DNA from: an uncultured delta proteobacterium
Lineage (GTDB): Bacteria; Desulfobacterota; Desulfomonilia; UBA1062
NCBI GenBank assembly: GCA_963752595.1
Contig: CAVVYZ010000001.1
Location: 7,747 to 71,746 of the forward strand
Reading direction: 5' to 3'
Length of the DNA: 64,000 nucleotides
The position numbers and the translations under genes are program-made. Positions 61,408-64,000 of this stretch are shown here, piece by piece. The notes beneath the pieces were generated by a model. It made no database searches, had not been told where the DNA came from, and saw only the letters and a list, made by a program, of their open reading frames with translations. How positions within the stretch are numbered: position 1 is the stretch's first letter; each line of letters starts with the position of its first letter.

Positions 61408-62273
61408 TGAGACCCGGGAGAGAAAGGGGACAGGTGCCTGTGACACGGAAGAAAGGGCTTAAGACCGATGCTGTTCCACCCGTATATATCGTGTCCGGGG
61501 GGACCGGATCCAGCGGCGAGCAGATCGTGAACACGGTTCTTGCTCAGTTCCCTGAGAGCAAAGTTCCCATGATTACCATCGGGAGCGTGTGCGATAAGGA
61601 GCAGGTCGAAAGCATTATCACACAGGCAAGAGAGACCGGCGGCACGATCGTGCACACCCTGGTCGATGGAAGACTCAGGGGCATGCTGACGGACTCGGCA
61701 CGGGACCGGAATGTCGAGGAGGTGGACCTCATGGGCCCGCTGCTGAAACGTCTCTCGTCAGTTCTCTACCGGGAACCTCTCGGCAGGCCGGGTCTCTATC
61801 GCAAGCTCCATGAGCCGTATTTCATGCGTATCGCTGCTATCGAGTACACCCTGGACCATGACGACGGGCAAAACCCTAAAGAATGGTACAAGGCTGATGT
61901 CGTGCTGGCCGGTGTATCCCGCAGTGGAAAAACCCCGCTCAGTATATATTTATCCGTTCTGGGCTGGAAGACAGCCAATTATCCTGTTGTCCCCGGAGTT
62001 TCCGTTCCCAAGGAACTGTTTGGACTGGACCCTAAGCGGGTTTTCGGGCTGATTATCGACCCGGACCGTTTGATGAAGACCCGGTCGCAGAGGCTCGCCC
62101 GGTTCGGCGTATCAGATCATACGCCCTACACGGACCCGTCCATGATCGAAGAAGAGATCCGGACTGCCAGGAAGATATTCAGGAAAGGCGGGTTCCACGA
62201 AATAGACATGACGGATAAAACCATTGAGGCCTGCGCATCAGAGATCATCAGACACATCAGCCGGATTCAATGA
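61407..62273 (+). CDS. PEP synthetase / pyruvate phosphate dikinase regulatory protein (kinase/pyrophosphorylase, DUF299)
   Basis: VYIVSGGTGSSGEQI and the P-loop block VVLAGVSRSGKTPLSIYL are typical of PpsR/PDRP. Confidence 0.9.
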   Translation: MRPGRERGQVPVTRKKGLKTDAVPPVYIVSGGTGSSGEQIVNTVLAQFPESKVPMITIGSVCDKEQVESIITQARETGGTIVHTLVDGRLRGMLTDSARDRNVEEVDLMGPLLKRLSSVLYREPLGRPGLYRKLHEPYFMRIAAIEYTLDHDDGQNPKEWYKADVVLAGVSRSGKTPLSIYLSVLGWKTANYPVVPGVSVPKELFGLDPKRVFGLIIDPDRLMKTRSQRLARFGVSDHTPYTDPSMIEEEIRTARKIFRKGGFHEIDMTDKTIEACASEIIRHISRIQ

Positions 62274-62807
62274 AGAACTCTTTACGCCGGGCTCAAGAGG
62301 AACCCTCTGATTGATCAACCATCGGGCGGGAATGAGAGGTGAGGGCTTCAGTGTTTTTCGGGTCTGGTTCGCTTTTTTCCTCTGATTACAATTTATCCCG
62401 CAGTACCGGCTTATGGCAAGATGTACAGCGATCAGGCCGGTGACGGTTTCCGTGTCGGGTCTTTCGTGCTTGACTTATCCATACTTATTGCATAAGGATG
62501 GGCTCCATCTGAATTGCGATTTAGTTTTACCGGGTCTTTTATCCACGTTGATATCAGATAGCCTTATCAGGGCTTGCCGTTGATACTTCTTCCGTTGTTC
62601 AGAAATATAAGAACAAATACGGCATGGAGAAAGTAGCACGGTATTGAGGAACAAAAGGTCATCAATCATCAGGAATGCATCTTTTCAAGAGTAATCTTAA
62701 ACGAATAAGCTTCATTCTGAAGAGCGAATGTCCGATAGTATCGTGGAAAACCCGGCGGGCTAATTTGATATGCCGCTGATAAGGCTGCTGTAACGAAGGA
62801 AAATTAT

Positions 62808-63005
62808 ATGGCAAGAAAAACGAATTATTCTTTTCAGAAATCAGAACGCGAAAAGATCCGCCAGAAAAAGAAAAAGGAAAAGCTGGACAGGAAGCAGGAA
62901 GCCAAGGATCGCAAGACTGCCTTAAATGAAGAGGGCGAAGAAATCGACCCCGATATTGCCGGCATTGAACCGGGCCCGCAGGCTGCCATCAAGCCGGAAG
63001 AATAG
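62808..63005 (+). CDS. Small, highly charged protein (65 aa, Lys/Glu-rich)
   Basis: An ORF with GAAGGAAA upstream and low-complexity KKKKEKLDRKQEAKDRK composition. The coding status is uncertain. Confidence 0.4.
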   Translation: MARKTNYSFQKSEREKIRQKKKKEKLDRKQEAKDRKTALNEEGEEIDPDIAGIEPGPQAAIKPEE

Positions 63006-63098
63006 CCCCCCATAAAACCGACAAAACACTTTGACCCGGAAAGTTCCGGCAAAAAGAAAATCTATGGAATAACACCAGATAAAAACAAAGGAGTATTA

Positions 63099-64000
63099 AT
63101 GAAATTTGATGCATTTGATCTTCACCAGGACATTATCAGGGCCATTGCAAACAACGGGTACGAAGTGCCGACCCCCATTCAGGCAGAGGCCATTCCATCC
63201 ATACTGACAGGGCACGACCTTCTCGGCCTGGCACAAACCGGAACCGGCAAGACCGCAGCATTCGTGCTGCCGATTATCCATCATCTCATGGAAGGGCATC
63301 GCCGGTGCGTACGTGCACTGATCCTCGCCCCGACACGCGAGCTGGCTGCCCAGACAAATGAAGCTGTAAAGCTTTTCAGCAGAGGCACCGGTCTCCGCAG
63401 CGTGGTCATCTACGGAGGAGTGGGCATGAGCCCCCAGATCGAGGCCCTGAAACGCGGCGTCGAGATCGTGGTGGCATGTCCGGGCCGTTTGCTCGACCAT
63501 ATTTCCCAGAAAAGGATCGATTTTTCCCGGCTTGAGACCCTCGTAATCGACGAGGCAGACCGCATGTTCGATATGGGCTTCCTTCCGGACGTCCGCCGCA
63601 TCGCCGGCCATCTCCCCAGGAAGCGGCAGACACTGCTTTTTTCCGCCACCATGCCCGATGATATCCGCCACCTGGCCGATGATATGCTGCACGATGCAAT
63701 TACGGTGCAGATCAGACATACGAAGCCGATTGAAACGGTATCCCATGCGCTCTACCCGGTGGAGCACCACCTGAAGACGGCACTTTTGAGGGAGCTGCTG
63801 AAAGCCACCGATACGGATTCGGTTCTCGTATTCACCCGCACAAAACATCGCGCCGAGCGTCTTGCGCACCAGCTTACGCATGCAGGCTTCCGTGCGACTT
63901 CGCTCCAGGGCGATCTCTCGCAGAGCAAGCGCGAGAAGGCCATCGAGGGCTTCCGCAGGGGCTCATTCCAGATACTCGTTGCCACCGATATCGCTGCGCG
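63099..64000 (+). CDS. DEAD-box ATP-dependent RNA helicase (RhlE-like), 3' end beyond the window
   Basis: It is absent from the ORF track because no stop is reached. My translation from the ATG at 63099 gives Q-motif YEVPTPIQ, motif I AQTGTGKT, PTRELA, DEAD (VIDEADRM) and SAT. AAAGGAG lies upstream. Confidence 0.95.
   Translation, partial: MKFDAFDLHQDIIRAIANNGYEVPTPIQAEAIPSILTGHDLLGLAQTGTGKTAAFVLPIIHHLMEGHRRCVRALILAPTRELAAQTNEAVKLFSRGTGLRSVVIYGGVGMSPQIEALKRGVEIVVACPGRLLDHISQKRIDFSRLETLVIDEADRMFDMGFLPDVRRIAGHLPRKRQTLLFSATMPDDIRHLADDMLHDAITVQIRHTKPIETVSHALYPVEHHLKTALLRELLKATDTDSVLVFTRTKHRAERLAHQLTHAGFRATSLQGDLSQSKREKAIEGFRRGSFQILVATDIAA

Noticed and set aside
63096-63881. A 261-aa minus-strand ORF
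   Set aside because: It is antisense to the DEAD-box helicase. The helicase frame contains all canonical motifs but is missing from the ORF track because it has no stop inside the window.
1-64000. A search by eye for CRISPR repeats, tRNA/rRNA genes, integrases, transposases, toxin-antitoxin pairs and reverse transcriptases
   Set aside because: I found none. The only repeats seen are the short 40-49-nt segments reported above. A proper scan (tRNAscan-SE, Infernal, ISfinder, minced) would be needed to exclude small RNA genes.

Overview
A 64-kb bacterial chromosomal window with mosaic G+C. Gene content (PAS-rich sensor kinases, an EFR1-type ferredoxin, CoA-transferases) suggests an anaerobic Desulfobacterota-like genome or MAG, but that is a low-confidence guess. 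I found no rRNA, tRNA, CRISPR array, integrase or transposase.

Main content, in order:
(1) A PaeR7I/XhoI-like type II R-M pair at the left edge.
(2) A MarR / NTF2-like / membrane-protein group.
(3) An 8.7-kb minus-strand operon plus a divergent TetR and acyl-CoA ligase. Together they reproduce the gene set of the Pseudomonas acyclic-terpene (Atu) pathway: AtuA-like, enoyl-CoA hydratase, biotin carboxylase/BCCP alpha, carboxyltransferase beta and two acyl-CoA dehydrogenases. Every one of these genes is broken by several 1-nt frameshifts.
(4) A PAS-GAF-PAS sensor ending in an uncharacterised Cys4 module, an EFR1-type ferredoxin, and a frameshifted hybrid histidine kinase.
(5) A TetR-EmrA-EmrB-type efflux operon.
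(6) A lower-GC m5C-methyltransferase - Vsr - HNH nuclease operon.
(7) mgsA / ywbE.
(8) A second PAS histidine kinase, an SRPBCC protein and an acyl-CoA synthetase.
(9) An MlaFED/PqiC-type lipid transport operon whose two borders carry short copies of the mgsA-ywbE control region.
(10) An intact, isolated, low-GC 754-aa gene fusing an N-terminal HD phosphohydrolase domain to a C-terminal eIF-2B/MtnA-like domain. This is the best candidate here for something undescribed.
(11) Two CoA-transferase genes, one fused to a Pat-type GNAT domain.
(12) ftsH, a UbiA prenyltransferase with a radical-SAM/SPASM remnant, a secreted PHP hydrolase and amidase, a patatin-like protein, a PpsR-type regulator and a DEAD-box helicase that runs off the right edge.

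Frameshifts are distributed very unevenly. There are dozens in 3.7-15.3 kb and none in 37.5-50.1 kb. Where I could resolve them they sit in short G/C runs, so unpolished sequencing error and real gene decay cannot be separated from the sequence alone. All functional calls rest on motif recognition by eye. No database search was run.
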